From an uncultured Candidatus Saccharibacteria bacterium (GTDB lineage Bacteria; Patescibacteriota; Minisyncoccia; Phycocordibacterales; DAORIS01): DNA of 64,000 nt. Positions 1 to 9,117 of the stretch are shown piece by piece; position 1 is the first letter of the stretch; the number at the start of each line of letters is the position of its first letter. Made by a program: the position numbers and the translations under genes. The stretch is taken from NCBI GenBank assembly GCA_964644035.1, contig CAZXUH010000001.1, positions 195,712 through 259,711 of the forward strand. The letters run 5' to 3'. Below the pieces are notes generated by a model. The model saw only the letters and a list, made by a program, of their open reading frames with translations. It ran no database searches and had not been told where the DNA came from.

Positions 1-2363
1 CAGATGTCGATGAAATCACTGGTCTTTCTCCAGCTATTTCTATTGATCAGAAGTCTCGTTCAAACAATCCTCGCTCCAATGTCGCTACGATTACTGAAAT
101 ATACGACTATATGCGTATTTTGTTTGCTCGTGTCGGCAAACCTCATTGTTTGGAATGCGGTAGGGAGATAAAAAAACTTTCTCAAGAGGAAATCGTTGCT
201 ACTATTTCAGAAACTGTCACTTCTATAGATACTTCTAAGAGTAAAAAGTCGGTCATGGGCGTCGAAGTGACGGGTGAAAAGATCGGTATCTATGCTCCTA
301 TGGTCTTAGGCAGAAAAGGTGAGTATTACCAGCTCCTCTATGATCTATTGGGTAAAGGTTATGAAAAAGTGCTCGTCGATGGCGAACCCAAAAAACTCCG
401 AGAGCAAATCGTACTCGATAAAAACAAGAGGCATGATATCGATGTCTTAGTAGACGAATTTTTTGTTTCAGATTTTCATAAAAAAGATGCTGATTTCAAG
501 GAACGTCTTTCAGAAAGCGTTGAAAAAGCACTCAATGAGTCTGATGGACTCATAAAAATCAAGAGTGGAGAGCTCGTAAAGCTCATTTCTTCGAAGTTTA
601 TGTGTCCGTACGACGGGTTTTCATATCCAGAAGTCGAACCACGTTTGTTTTCATTCAATTCTCCATATGGCGCCTGTTCAGCCTGCAATGGTCTCGGTAC
701 AAAATATTTTATGGGTGAGGAAGTCTGTCCAGAATGCAATGGGGCACGTCTGCGCAAAGAAGCTCTCCATGTATTTCTTGGCGAAGGGGATAAAAAAATA
801 AATATCGTAGATCTCACTTCAAAATCAATCGAAGATTGTGCTATGTTCTTCGGTGGTCTCAAACTTACACCAAAAGAAAAAAGTATTTCAAAAGTTGTGC
901 TCAAAGAAATCGATGCTCGTCTACGCTTCATGATCGATGTTGGTATCGAATATCTGACGCTCGATCGTCGTGCCAACACACTCTCTGGTGGCGAAGCACA
1001 GCGCATACGACTTGCATCGCAGCTTGGATCTGGTCTTGTCGGAGCATTGTATGTGCTTGATGAACCGACAATTGGTCTTCATCAAGAAGACAATGATCGT
1101 CTTATCAAAACGCTCCTCTCTCTTCGTGATGCTGGCAATACTATCGTAGTGGTAGAGCACGATGAAGATACGATATTTGCATCTGATTATCTTGTCGACA
1201 TTGGTCCAGGTGCTGGAGTGCATGGTGGACATATCGTTGTAGCAGGAGATTTGGATAAATTGCTCAAAGCTAAGAAAAATGATTCAGGATCAACTACGCT
1301 TGCATATTTGCGCGGAGAAAAAGAAATAGAGGTGCCAAGAGAGCGTCGTAGCGAAGAAAAGGGCAAACTGATTATTAGAAATGGAAATGCTTTCAATATA
1401 AAGGGTCTCGATATAGACATACCGCTCGGCAGGCTGACAGTTATTACTGGAGTGTCTGGTTCTGGAAAGTCGACCTTTATGTATGAAATCATTCATAAAA
1501 ACCTCGAAGCGCGCTTCGACAGACGCAAGCGCAGTGCTGAGGTCTACAATGCATCGAGTTTTTCTGGAACAGAATATTTGGGTAGGGCAATTCTTATCGA
1601 TCAATCTGCTATTGGCCGTACGCCGCGCTCAAACCCTGCTACATATACAGGTGCATGGACCTTTATTCGTGATCTTTTTGCTGCATCGAGCGAAGCCAGG
1701 GCGCGCGGCTGGAAAGCAAACAGATTTTCATTCAACGTCAAAGGTGGTCGTTGCGAGGCGTGTCAGGGCAATGGTGAGATAGCGGTAGAGATGAGTTTCT
1801 TACCAACCGTCTATGTACCGTGCGAAGTCTGTCAGGGCAAACGCTTTATGAAAGAAACGCTCGAAGTGAAATATAAAAAGAAAAATATTCACGAAGTATT
1901 ATCGATGACCGTCGAAGAAGCACTTTCTTTCTTCGAAGATATTCCAGCAATTGCCGACAGATTGCAATCACTCAATGAAGTCGGTCTTGGGTATCTCGAA
2001 CTCGGTCAGTCGGCCACAACTCTTTCGGGTGGAGAAGCGCAGCGTGTCAAAATTTCTTCAGAACTCTATCGTCCTCATACACAAAAAAGCATTTATCTCC
2101 TCGATGAACCTACGATTGGTCTCCATTACGATGACGTGAAGAAACTGATAGAGATTCTTCAGAAACTTGTCGACAAGGGCAATACTGTCTTGGTCATCGA
2201 GCACAATATGGATCTCATAAAATCTGCAGACTATATTATAGATGTTGGCCCTCAAGGTGGAGTAGGTGGAGGGAAAATCGTTGCCAAGGGAACGCCAGAA
2301 GAGGTAGCCCGCAATGCCAAGAGTCATACTGGGAAATATCTCAAAAAGGTCTTGGAAAAATAA
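1..2363 (+). CDS. uvrA: Excinuclease ABC subunit A (UvrA), 5' partial; reading frame enters the window at nt 3
   Basis: Translation from nt 3 gives DVDEITGLSPAISIDQKSRSNNPRS.. followed by two ABC ATPase modules (Walker A GVSGSGKST, signature LSGGEAQR twice) and Zn-finger CxxC pairs; ends TAA at 2363. Confidence 0.93.
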   Translation, partial: DVDEITGLSPAISIDQKSRSNNPRSNVATITEIYDYMRILFARVGKPHCLECGREIKKLSQEEIVATISETVTSIDTSKSKKSVMGVEVTGEKIGIYAPMVLGRKGEYYQLLYDLLGKGYEKVLVDGEPKKLREQIVLDKNKRHDIDVLVDEFFVSDFHKKDADFKERLSESVEKALNESDGLIKIKSGELVKLISSKFMCPYDGFSYPEVEPRLFSFNSPYGACSACNGLGTKYFMGEEVCPECNGARLRKEALHVFLGEGDKKINIVDLTSKSIEDCAMFFGGLKLTPKEKSISKVVLKEIDARLRFMIDVGIEYLTLDRRANTLSGGEAQRIRLASQLGSGLVGALYVLDEPTIGLHQEDNDRLIKTLLSLRDAGNTIVVVEHDEDTIFASDYLVDIGPGAGVHGGHIVVAGDLDKLLKAKKNDSGSTTLAYLRGEKEIEVPRERRSEEKGKLIIRNGNAFNIKGLDIDIPLGRLTVITGVSGSGKSTFMYEIIHKNLEARFDRRKRSAEVYNASSFSGTEYLGRAILIDQSAIGRTPRSNPATYTGAWTFIRDLFAASSEARARGWKANRFSFNVKGGRCEACQGNGEIAVEMSFLPTVYVPCEVCQGKRFMKETLEVKYKKKNIHEVLSMTVEEALSFFEDIPAIADRLQSLNEVGLGYLELGQSATTLSGGEAQRVKISSELYRPHTQKSIYLLDEPTIGLHYDDVKKLIEILQKLVDKGNTVLVIEHNMDLIKSADYIIDVGPQGGVGGGKIVAKGTPEEVARNAKSHTGKYLKKVLEK

Positions 2364-2661
2364 AAAGAGGGCCCGACCGTATGGTCAGACCCTCCACCCC
2401 TATTGTTTCTGGCTATTGTTTTTGATTGGGTCGCCGAGCCCCATATTTGCTGTGGGCAAACCTGCTTCGTTGCCGTGCAACGTTGAGCCTTTGCCAAGGC
2501 ACTTGCCTGCCGATCGATGTGACTTGAGAACCAGATGTGTACATCCGCATACTTTGCTTCCTTGAAAAGTGTGTACAGCTCCATTCACAATACTAACCGA
2601 GTGATTGACAGCCTCCTTTTCTGGATTGCAATTGATCCTTTTTGAATATAAATTGATACAT

Positions 2662-3951
2662 ATGAATAGTCAAGAGTTTTTAAACACAGATACTCCCGAT
2701 TTGCCCGGCATATACGAATTCCTCGATGACAAGGGAGATGTTTTGTACGTCGGTAAAGCAACATCCTTGAAGGATCGTGTTAAGAGCTATTTCAATGATG
2801 ATTTGATCGTTACTCGCGGTCAAAAACTCGTCGATATGGTCACTTTGGCTCGAAGTATTAGATTTACTCCAACCCTTTCGGTGCTTGAAGCGCTTATTTT
2901 GGAAGCAAAAAAAATTCAGGACTTACAACCAAAGTACAATACATTATCCAAAGATGATAAAGGATTTAATTGCGTTGTGATAACAAAAGAAGATTTTCCA
3001 AGGATTCTTGTTGTAAGACAGCGTGTACTTGAAAATACATTTCCCAAAAAGGATATCAAATACAGTTTCGGGCCGTTTACAAGCGGCATGGCGCTTGTCG
3101 AAGCACTCAAGATTATTCGTCGCATATTTCCGTATCGTGATCACAAGTGTATTACTGCAGAACAACAGATGGCGGTTGGTAGGACACCAAAATCTTGTTT
3201 CAATAGGCAAATGGGTTTGTGTCCTGGCACCTGTACAGGTGAAATCAGTAAAACTGAGTATGCAAAGATCATAAATCACATAAGGCTCTTTTTCCAAGGC
3301 AAGAAATCAGAGCTTGTAAGGGTTTTGGAGAAAGAAATGAATGCGTATGCTAAACAACTTAAGTTTGAAGAAGCACAGAAGATAAAGAGAACTATTTTTG
3401 CTCTTGATCATATCAATGATGTAGCGCTGATAAAGGCTGATAAAAAGGAGACAGCTGAAGGTCTCGAAGATTTTGAATATGTACAAGACGCTGACAAACC
3501 TTTTCGTATCGAAGCATACGATATTGCACATATCAGTGGTACCAATACTGTCGGAGTGATGACGGTCGTAGAAGATGGCGTGCTCAATAAAAATGAATAT
3601 AGAAAGTTTAAAATACGAGGTGCCAAAAAAGGCGAGGTCAATGATATTAAAAATTTAAAAGAAGTGCTCAAGCGAAGATTTGCGCATAGCGAATGGCAAT
3701 TGCCCAATATACTGGTAGTCGATGGTAGTACCGCTCAAATCAATGCAGCCAAAGAAGTGTTGAAAGAAAAAGAATTAAATATAGAGATTCTATCTGTAGT
3801 AAAAGACAATCGACACAAGGCAAAAGAAGTAATGGGTGATAGTGCTCTTGTTGAGAGATATGGAAAATTGTGCATGCTGGTCAATGCCGAAGCGCATCGT
3901 TTTGCTATTCAATATCACCGACTGTTGAGGAGAAGGTTGTTTGAAAAATAG
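2662..3951 (+). CDS. uvrC: Excinuclease ABC subunit C (UvrC), short form lacking C-terminal (HhH)2
   Basis: N-terminal GIY-YIG motif (GIYEFLDDKGDVLYVGKATSLKDRVKSYF), UvrBC-interaction region (EEAQKIKRTIFALDHI), RNase H-like endonuclease region; ATG at 2662 chosen over upstream 2605 in-frame M. Confidence 0.85.
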   Translation: MNSQEFLNTDTPDLPGIYEFLDDKGDVLYVGKATSLKDRVKSYFNDDLIVTRGQKLVDMVTLARSIRFTPTLSVLEALILEAKKIQDLQPKYNTLSKDDKGFNCVVITKEDFPRILVVRQRVLENTFPKKDIKYSFGPFTSGMALVEALKIIRRIFPYRDHKCITAEQQMAVGRTPKSCFNRQMGLCPGTCTGEISKTEYAKIINHIRLFFQGKKSELVRVLEKEMNAYAKQLKFEEAQKIKRTIFALDHINDVALIKADKKETAEGLEDFEYVQDADKPFRIEAYDIAHISGTNTVGVMTVVEDGVLNKNEYRKFKIRGAKKGEVNDIKNLKEVLKRRFAHSEWQLPNILVVDGSTAQINAAKEVLKEKELNIEILSVVKDNRHKAKEVMGDSALVERYGKLCMLVNAEAHRFAIQYHRLLRRRLFEK

Positions 3952-4032
3952 TTGTTGATGTGCTAAAAATCTACATTGGAATGGCACGAGGGTGCCATGG
4001 TTCATCTCACGTTAAGTGAAAGGAGTCAGAGT

Positions 4033-4311
4033 ATGACAGCGTCAGTCAGATGTGCAACGCCCAATTGTGGGCATCAGTTCGAGACATGCAAGAAGCGTGT
4101 GAGGAGCAAGAGGGAAATTAAATGTCCGAAATGTCGGCTTCCCGCTAGGGCAACCGGCGCAACCATCAATAACACCGGCGACGTGCTCAAAGCGATTCAT
4201 CTCCTTGAGAGCCTTGCGCCGGATCGGGCAAAAGCATACAAAAGACCTGAACTTCACATGGGCAAACGAAGGAATCGTGTCCATCAACCGGGCACCTTCG
4301 TGGATGCCTGA
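4033..4311 (+). CDS. Small zinc-ribbon protein (CxxC...CxxC), unknown function
   Basis: ORF visibly more GC-rich than its flanks; strong SD (AAGGAG) 8 nt upstream of ATG 4033; CATPNCGHQF..CPKCRLP motif; own hairpin terminator downstream. Confidence 0.45.
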   Translation: MTASVRCATPNCGHQFETCKKRVRSKREIKCPKCRLPARATGATINNTGDVLKAIHLLESLAPDRAKAYKRPELHMGKRRNRVHQPGTFVDA

Positions 4312-4330
4312 GCAATCATCAACATAACCA

Positions 4331-4362
4331 ACGCGTCCCTATTACGGGACGCGTATTTTTTA
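4331..4362 (+). terminator. Rho-independent terminator (9-bp perfect stem ACGCGTCCC/GGGACGCGT plus T-run)
   Basis: Perfect inverted repeat followed by ATTTTTTA. Confidence 0.6.
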
Positions 4363-4380
4363 TTGTATAATTATCTGTAT

Positions 4381-5346
4381 ATGAAACAGATCGTGGCAGT
4401 ATTGCGTGGTGGACCATCGAGTCAGTACGCGCAATCTCTAGAAACCGGCGGATATGTGTTGAAACATTTGCCGGAGCGATACACTGGCCGCGATATATTT
4501 ATTTCTACTGACGGCGCATGGCATGTCGATGGTTTGCAGGTAAAACCTCAGCAAGCACTTGAGCGAGCAGATATTGTCTGGAATGCATTACAAGGTGAGT
4601 ATGGAGAAGATGGTAAAGTGCAGCGCATACTATTTAATAGTGGTATTCCATATACTGGATCCAATCCTGTTGCATCGGCATTGTCCATGAATAAAAAACT
4701 TTCTAAAAAAGCATTTGCCGATGAGGGTATTAGGACACCCATGCATATTATTGTTGAGCAAGGGGATGATCTCAACAATCACGCTCAGCATATTTTCTTT
4801 AACTTTCACATGCCGGTGGTGATAAAACCGACCAATTCTGGCAATTCTATCGGTGTGTCTATTGCTCGCGCTCGTGGTGATATCATTCCTCAGCTCGAAG
4901 AGGCACTTCGTATTTCAAATACAGTGTTGGTAGAAGCATATATTCCTGGCAAAGATATAGTCTGCATTGTTGTTGAAAATCTGCGCGATCAGGAACACTA
5001 CGTGCCGATTCCGATTGAGATCAGATACGCTGCTGGTCATGATATTTTTCATACAGCGCTCAAACAAGACAAGAGTATGATTCACCATGAAGCCATGCAT
5101 TTGATAGACAAGGTTAAAAATGAAATTGCGCATATCGCAAAAGCAGCACATAGAGTGCTGGGACTCAGTCATTATTCACGTTCGGACATGCGTATTACGC
5201 CGACAAATAAGATATATCTGCTTGAGACAAATACTACGCCAATCTTGCACGATCAGTCGGCGACGATACAGTCACTTCGATCTGTGGGAATCGAGCCAAA
5301 AGCCTTTATAGATCACATGATTTCTCTTGCGCTAAAGGGCAATTAA
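4381..5346 (+). CDS. ddl: D-alanine--D-alanine ligase (ATP-grasp)
   Basis: MKQIVAVLRGGPSSQYAQSLETG N-terminus and ATP-grasp body typical of Ddl; TATAAT at 4366-4371 upstream of ATG 4381. Confidence 0.85.
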   Translation: MKQIVAVLRGGPSSQYAQSLETGGYVLKHLPERYTGRDIFISTDGAWHVDGLQVKPQQALERADIVWNALQGEYGEDGKVQRILFNSGIPYTGSNPVASALSMNKKLSKKAFADEGIRTPMHIIVEQGDDLNNHAQHIFFNFHMPVVIKPTNSGNSIGVSIARARGDIIPQLEEALRISNTVLVEAYIPGKDIVCIVVENLRDQEHYVPIPIEIRYAAGHDIFHTALKQDKSMIHHEAMHLIDKVKNEIAHIAKAAHRVLGLSHYSRSDMRITPTNKIYLLETNTTPILHDQSATIQSLRSVGIEPKAFIDHMISLALKGN

Positions 5347-5364
5347 CGATAATATCTCTTTTAC

Positions 5365-5437
5365 GGGCCGGTAGCTCATCTGGTAGAGCGCCTCACTTGC
5401 ACTGAGGAGGCGGGGGGTTCGAGTCCTCTCCGGTCCA
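5365..5437 (+). tRNA. tRNA-Ala (anticodon TGC)
   Basis: 73-nt cloverleaf folded by hand: acceptor GGGCCGG/CCGGTCC with G3:U70 and A73, D-arm GCTC/GAGC, anticodon loop CTTGCAC, T-loop TTCGAGT; CCA not encoded. Confidence 0.9.
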
Positions 5438-5540
5438 CAACTTCGCTAAAGCTTCGTTGTGCAAGCACAAACACCTACCAAGGTGCTTTTTTGTGTAAAT
5501 ATATTATGTGTCTAAGGTTGCTTTCTTTACCTAAAAGGTA

Positions 5541-7241
5541 TTGAATGACCATATGAAATGCAAAAACGTACTTTTATTGATTTTGGTAGCTTTGGCAATT
5601 GCTGCTGCGGCCTTTTATTTTATAACCAACACTCGAGAAGTTCAGGGACAAGTATCGACACAGATCAGTGCAAATACAAAAATCATCGCTTTTGGAGATA
5701 GTCTCGTTGCTGGAGTGGGTGCTACTTCTGGCAATGATTTTGTAAGTGTACTCTCACGACGTATCGGTGCTCCTATTATCAATTCTGGCATAAGCGGTGA
5801 CACTACTGCCGACGCCCTTGCTCGTGTAGATCGCGACGTCGTCAATCAAAATCCTAGTATCGTTATCGTCTTTCTGGGGGGCAATGACATTATTCAACGT
5901 CTGCCAATGGATCAGCAGTTTAGTAATCTCCGAACGATTATCCAGAGAATCCAAAACGGCGGAGCAAAAGTGATTGTTGTCGGTATTCACAATGATATTT
6001 TTGGTGTCGATTATGAAGCAGGATATAGAAATGTTGCTTCAGAAACTGGAGCAGCATATGTACCCAACGCTTTGCCTGGAATACTTGGCAACAGTCAGCT
6101 ATCTTCAGATGCCGTGCACCCCAACGATCAGGGATATCAGATAGTATCCGATCGCGTTTTTCCAGTACTTCAAAATACAATCAATTCTCTTCCAAACCAA
6201 GAACTTAGCGTCACATGTAGCGTTAATGATACAACAATAGCTACCAATCAAAGCGTGACATGGTCTGCGTCTGCTACGGGCGGTGCAGGCAACTATAGAT
6301 ATGAATGGAGCGGATCAGAAGGTCTTTCTGGTACCAATGCTTCTATTTCAAAATCATACACATCAGAAGGTGGTAAGACAGCGTCGGTAAGAGTTATCTC
6401 AGGCAATGTGCAGGTAAATCAAACATGCTCGCAGACTATTGTCGTCAAGGATCCTGTGCTCATTGGTCGCTGCACGATCGAAGTAATAGGAAATCAAAAC
6501 AATACCAACGAACATCTTATTCGCTTTGATTCGTCTTTCAATGGAGGAGTAAATGGTACGACTATCACTTGGACAGGAACTGATGGATTGGTAGGCAATA
6601 GCAACGGTGTAGAAAAAGTCTACACAACGCTTGGTACAAAAACAGGACAAGTGCAGGCTCGATCAGGCAACCAAACACTTCCACTTATATGTAGTGCAGA
6701 TCTTTCACTTAGAGCTTCTGCTACAACAACAGAATCTATTGGTGGACGATGCACTCCAAACGTAAATGGCAAAAGAATTACGTGGAATGCTGCTGGCTAT
6801 GGAGCACAGGGTAACTATACATTCCAGTGGAGTGGGTCTGATGGTCTCTCAGGAACAAGTTCAAGTATTACTACAGACTATTCTTCTGAAGGTATTAAAA
6901 CCGCCAATGTCTTTATCAGATCTGGCAATGAAACGATCAATCTTTCATGTCAGGCAGCAATTACCAATGATGTAGATTCAAATGGTAATAACAATGGAGG
7001 TGGGGGATGCTTTATTGCAACTGCTGCATATGGCACAGAACTACAACCAGAAGTTCAGGCACTTCGCAATTTTAGAGACGAAACCCTTCTACAAAATGCT
7101 ATTGGTGAAAAGTTCGTAGAAACCTATTACAAGGTCAGTCCGCCAATTGCCGACTATATAAGAGATAAAGAGGTACTTAAGTCAGTCGTCCGCGGCGCCC
7201 TCTATCCAGTTGTCGTAGGTCTTGATCAACTAGGTTATTGA
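5541..7241 (+). CDS. Secreted SGNH/GDSL-family hydrolase with three Ig/PKD-like repeats and a conserved C-terminal GGGGCFIATAAYG..YY..SPPIADYI domain
   Basis: Signal/TM N-terminus; GDSL block (IIAFGDSLVAGVG ... GGND ... DAVHPN); three divergent ~120-aa repeats each containing W(S/T)G(S/T)DGL.G; Cys-containing C-terminal motif. Confidence 0.7.
   Translation: MNDHMKCKNVLLLILVALAIAAAAFYFITNTREVQGQVSTQISANTKIIAFGDSLVAGVGATSGNDFVSVLSRRIGAPIINSGISGDTTADALARVDRDVVNQNPSIVIVFLGGNDIIQRLPMDQQFSNLRTIIQRIQNGGAKVIVVGIHNDIFGVDYEAGYRNVASETGAAYVPNALPGILGNSQLSSDAVHPNDQGYQIVSDRVFPVLQNTINSLPNQELSVTCSVNDTTIATNQSVTWSASATGGAGNYRYEWSGSEGLSGTNASISKSYTSEGGKTASVRVISGNVQVNQTCSQTIVVKDPVLIGRCTIEVIGNQNNTNEHLIRFDSSFNGGVNGTTITWTGTDGLVGNSNGVEKVYTTLGTKTGQVQARSGNQTLPLICSADLSLRASATTTESIGGRCTPNVNGKRITWNAAGYGAQGNYTFQWSGSDGLSGTSSSITTDYSSEGIKTANVFIRSGNETINLSCQAAITNDVDSNGNNNGGGGCFIATAAYGTELQPEVQALRNFRDETLLQNAIGEKFVETYYKVSPPIADYIRDKEVLKSVVRGALYPVVVGLDQLGY
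6200..6975 (+). repeat. Intragenic tandem array of three divergent ~360-nt (120-aa) domain repeats
   Basis: Protein-level repeats (VTWSASATGGAGNYRYEWSGSEGLSGT / TITWTGTDGLVGN / RITWNAAGYGAQGNYTFQWSGSDGLSGT) seen in the translation. Confidence 0.55.
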
Positions 7242-7341
7242 CATCAATAAAAAATGTGTTAGATTGTTGCGAGTTATATTCAGTTACCGTGGTCTGGAGC
7301 TGAAATATTGAAATCAAGAGACCAAATGAAAGGTAGGTATT

Positions 7342-7764
7342 ATGGCAGGTAAGTTGTCTATCGGTCCGCTTGGACTCGTTCACGAGGACAACCGTCGCTC
7401 CATTCAGGAGTTCAACGGTGTTGATCGCTCCATCCAGCAGTTCAGGATCAAGGAATCGATTCCTCTTGGGAACCATTTTCACAAGGGGAAAAGCGAAACC
7501 TTTTTGCTGGTGAGCGGTTCTGGCTTCCTTGCATCGTGCGACGTGTCGCCGAAAGACGGTAAGCAGACCAGCGAGGTCGAAATTCAGGAAATCAAGGAAG
7601 GCGAAATGGTTCATATCCCGGCCTATACGGCTCATACGTTCCGTTTCCGGCCAGGATCGCACTTGTTGTGCTTCTCGTCGACCCCGTTCGATGAGAACAA
7701 CAAGGACCTGAACCCCTTCACCCTTGATGTTCCGTTGTTTCCCACGGCGCCTGAAGTCGCCTAA
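7342..7764 (+). CDS. Stand-alone cupin-domain protein, WxcM/FdtA-like (sugar ketoisomerase-type cupin)
   Basis: GNHFHK, E.FLLVSGSG, HIPAYTAHTF and LLCFSS..FDEN motifs parallel G.HAHK / E.VLICLSGS / YIPP..WH / CLVLASDYYDE of FdtA/QdtA/WxcM C-domains; GC-richer than flanks by eye; own terminator. Confidence 0.5.
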   Translation: MAGKLSIGPLGLVHEDNRRSIQEFNGVDRSIQQFRIKESIPLGNHFHKGKSETFLLVSGSGFLASCDVSPKDGKQTSEVEIQEIKEGEMVHIPAYTAHTFRFRPGSHLLCFSSTPFDENNKDLNPFTLDVPLFPTAPEVA

Positions 7765-7814
7765 GATGATCTTTTTCTTTTTTAATAGCTAGTGAAGTGC
7801 TATAACTTTCACAC

Positions 7815-7843
7815 AGCCAGATTTCGGAGATCTGGCTTTTTTA
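7815..7843 (+). terminator. Rho-independent terminator (AGCCAGAT/ATCTGGCT 8-bp stem plus T6)
   Basis: Perfect inverted repeat plus TTTTTT. Confidence 0.6.
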
Positions 7844-7892
7844 TTACACAATACAAATTGACATTAAAAACCTTTTATGGTAGGTTCGCGGC

Positions 7893-8852
7893 ATGACAAA
7901 GCAATACAAGTCAACAGTCATTCTGTCAACTTTAACAATAATGTGTGCAGTATTTTCATTTGTGGCTGCAGCTCCAGTCGCAGAAGCGACTTCAGCAGCA
8001 CCGATCGTTTCAATCGGCGTTGGCAACGGTAACGTTCCAGCCAATTTAGGTCCAGTTCACGGTAATGTATACAACGGCGATATCGCCGTCTACGCAACGG
8101 TAGACGATACCGACCTCCAGAACTACCATTTTCGTGTTATCAAGGATGGCGGCGTTCAGGGTCACTCATGCAGCGATCTGTTTGCTCCTATCAGCCAGGG
8201 TTATGCATCAACAACTCTTGGTAAAACAGCGTGCGGTTTCAATTTCAACCAGTCTGTATACCTTTCATCAGGTTTTACTGACACATTGATTGCAACTCTC
8301 CACACATCTGACCTCGCGGCTTTTGGTGGCGACGGCGACTACTGGCTCATCATTGGTGCTCTCGATGAAGACGGTAATCGTTCAAGTTCAGACTATCTTA
8401 CAGATCCAAAAATAAAGATCACGATCGATAGCTCAGCAACTTCAACTAATCCTGTTCCTCCAGTTACACCTCCTACAACACCTGCACCTTCAACAGGTAG
8501 CAGCAACGGTTCAGCCCCTCAGACATCTGCTGGCGGCACCATCAGCGGCGTAACGGGTGGTACATCTGGTACAACAACTACTTCAGCTCCTAAGGTTTCA
8601 AGCACAGGTTCAAGCAACACACGAATCGCTTCAGCGTTTCCTGGTGCCAATGTCTTGAGCACACTTGATACTGAGACAGGTCTTGAAGCTGGTACAACAA
8701 CAGCAACGAGCACAGCTACAACAACTGATGAAGCAGGTTCATTCCTTGCAGCAGCCGGTCTCTCAGGATATGACTTCAATTGGTGGTGGTTGCTTCTCTT
8801 GATCCCAATCGCAGGTATTGCATACTATTTCATGAGAGTAAACCGAGCATAA
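7893..8852 (+). CDS. Cell-surface protein: signal peptide, globular domain, S/T/G/P-rich low-complexity stalk, C-terminal W-rich TM anchor
   Basis: N-terminal signal (..VAAAPVAEA), low-complexity TPPTTPAPSTGSS.. region ~8440-8760, C-terminal WWWLLLLIPIAGIAYYFMRVNRA. Confidence 0.55.
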   Translation: MTKQYKSTVILSTLTIMCAVFSFVAAAPVAEATSAAPIVSIGVGNGNVPANLGPVHGNVYNGDIAVYATVDDTDLQNYHFRVIKDGGVQGHSCSDLFAPISQGYASTTLGKTACGFNFNQSVYLSSGFTDTLIATLHTSDLAAFGGDGDYWLIIGALDEDGNRSSSDYLTDPKIKITIDSSATSTNPVPPVTPPTTPAPSTGSSNGSAPQTSAGGTISGVTGGTSGTTTTSAPKVSSTGSSNTRIASAFPGANVLSTLDTETGLEAGTTTATSTATTTDEAGSFLAAAGLSGYDFNWWWLLLLIPIAGIAYYFMRVNRA

Positions 8853-8878
8853 ACTCAAAAAACTACTAAGTTTACTTA

Positions 8879-8904
8879 AAACCGTCACCTCCGTGGCGGT
8901 TTTT
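8879..8904 (+). terminator. Rho-independent terminator
   Basis: AACCGTCAC/GTGGCGGTT stem (one G-U) plus TTTTT. Confidence 0.5.
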
Positions 8905-8910
8905 CGTATA

Positions 8911-8938
8911 TAGACAATAGCGCTGAATATGGTATAAT
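8911..8938 (+). promoter_or_regulatory. Sigma70-like promoter (TAGACA - 16 nt - TATAAT)
   Basis: Near-consensus -35/-10 hexamers with 16-nt spacing, upstream of a leader containing a small hydrophobic ORF and a hairpin. Confidence 0.4.
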
Positions 8939-9062
8939 AGAGGAAGTGGCGTTCACCAGCGAAGGAGGTGATTATATACGCTGCCGACAAGGGTTGTGTC
9001 CTTCGTCATCATAGCCGCAGTTCTCTTTTTTATTTTCTATGCGGTCTGGCCGTCTTAATTAA

Positions 9063-9098
9063 AAAGCTCTGGGAATAAAATTCCGGAGCTTTCTTTAT
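9063..9098 (+). terminator. Attenuator-like hairpin plus T-rich tract 20 nt upstream of the ROK kinase start
   Basis: AAGCTCTGG/CCGGAGCTT 9-bp stem (one G-U), 10-nt loop, then TCTTTATT. Confidence 0.4.
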
Positions 9099-9117
9099 TA
9101 TATGATAAAATTATTGC

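Noticed and set aside
476-2327. Antisense and alternate-frame ORFs inside uvrA (476-1006 minus, 836-1060, 921-1232 minus, 1290-1604 minus and others)
   Set aside because: They are fully embedded in a well-supported long CDS and are typical shadow ORFs. The same reasoning applies to embedded ORFs inside leuS, dnaK, alaS, lysS, the histidine kinase and others.
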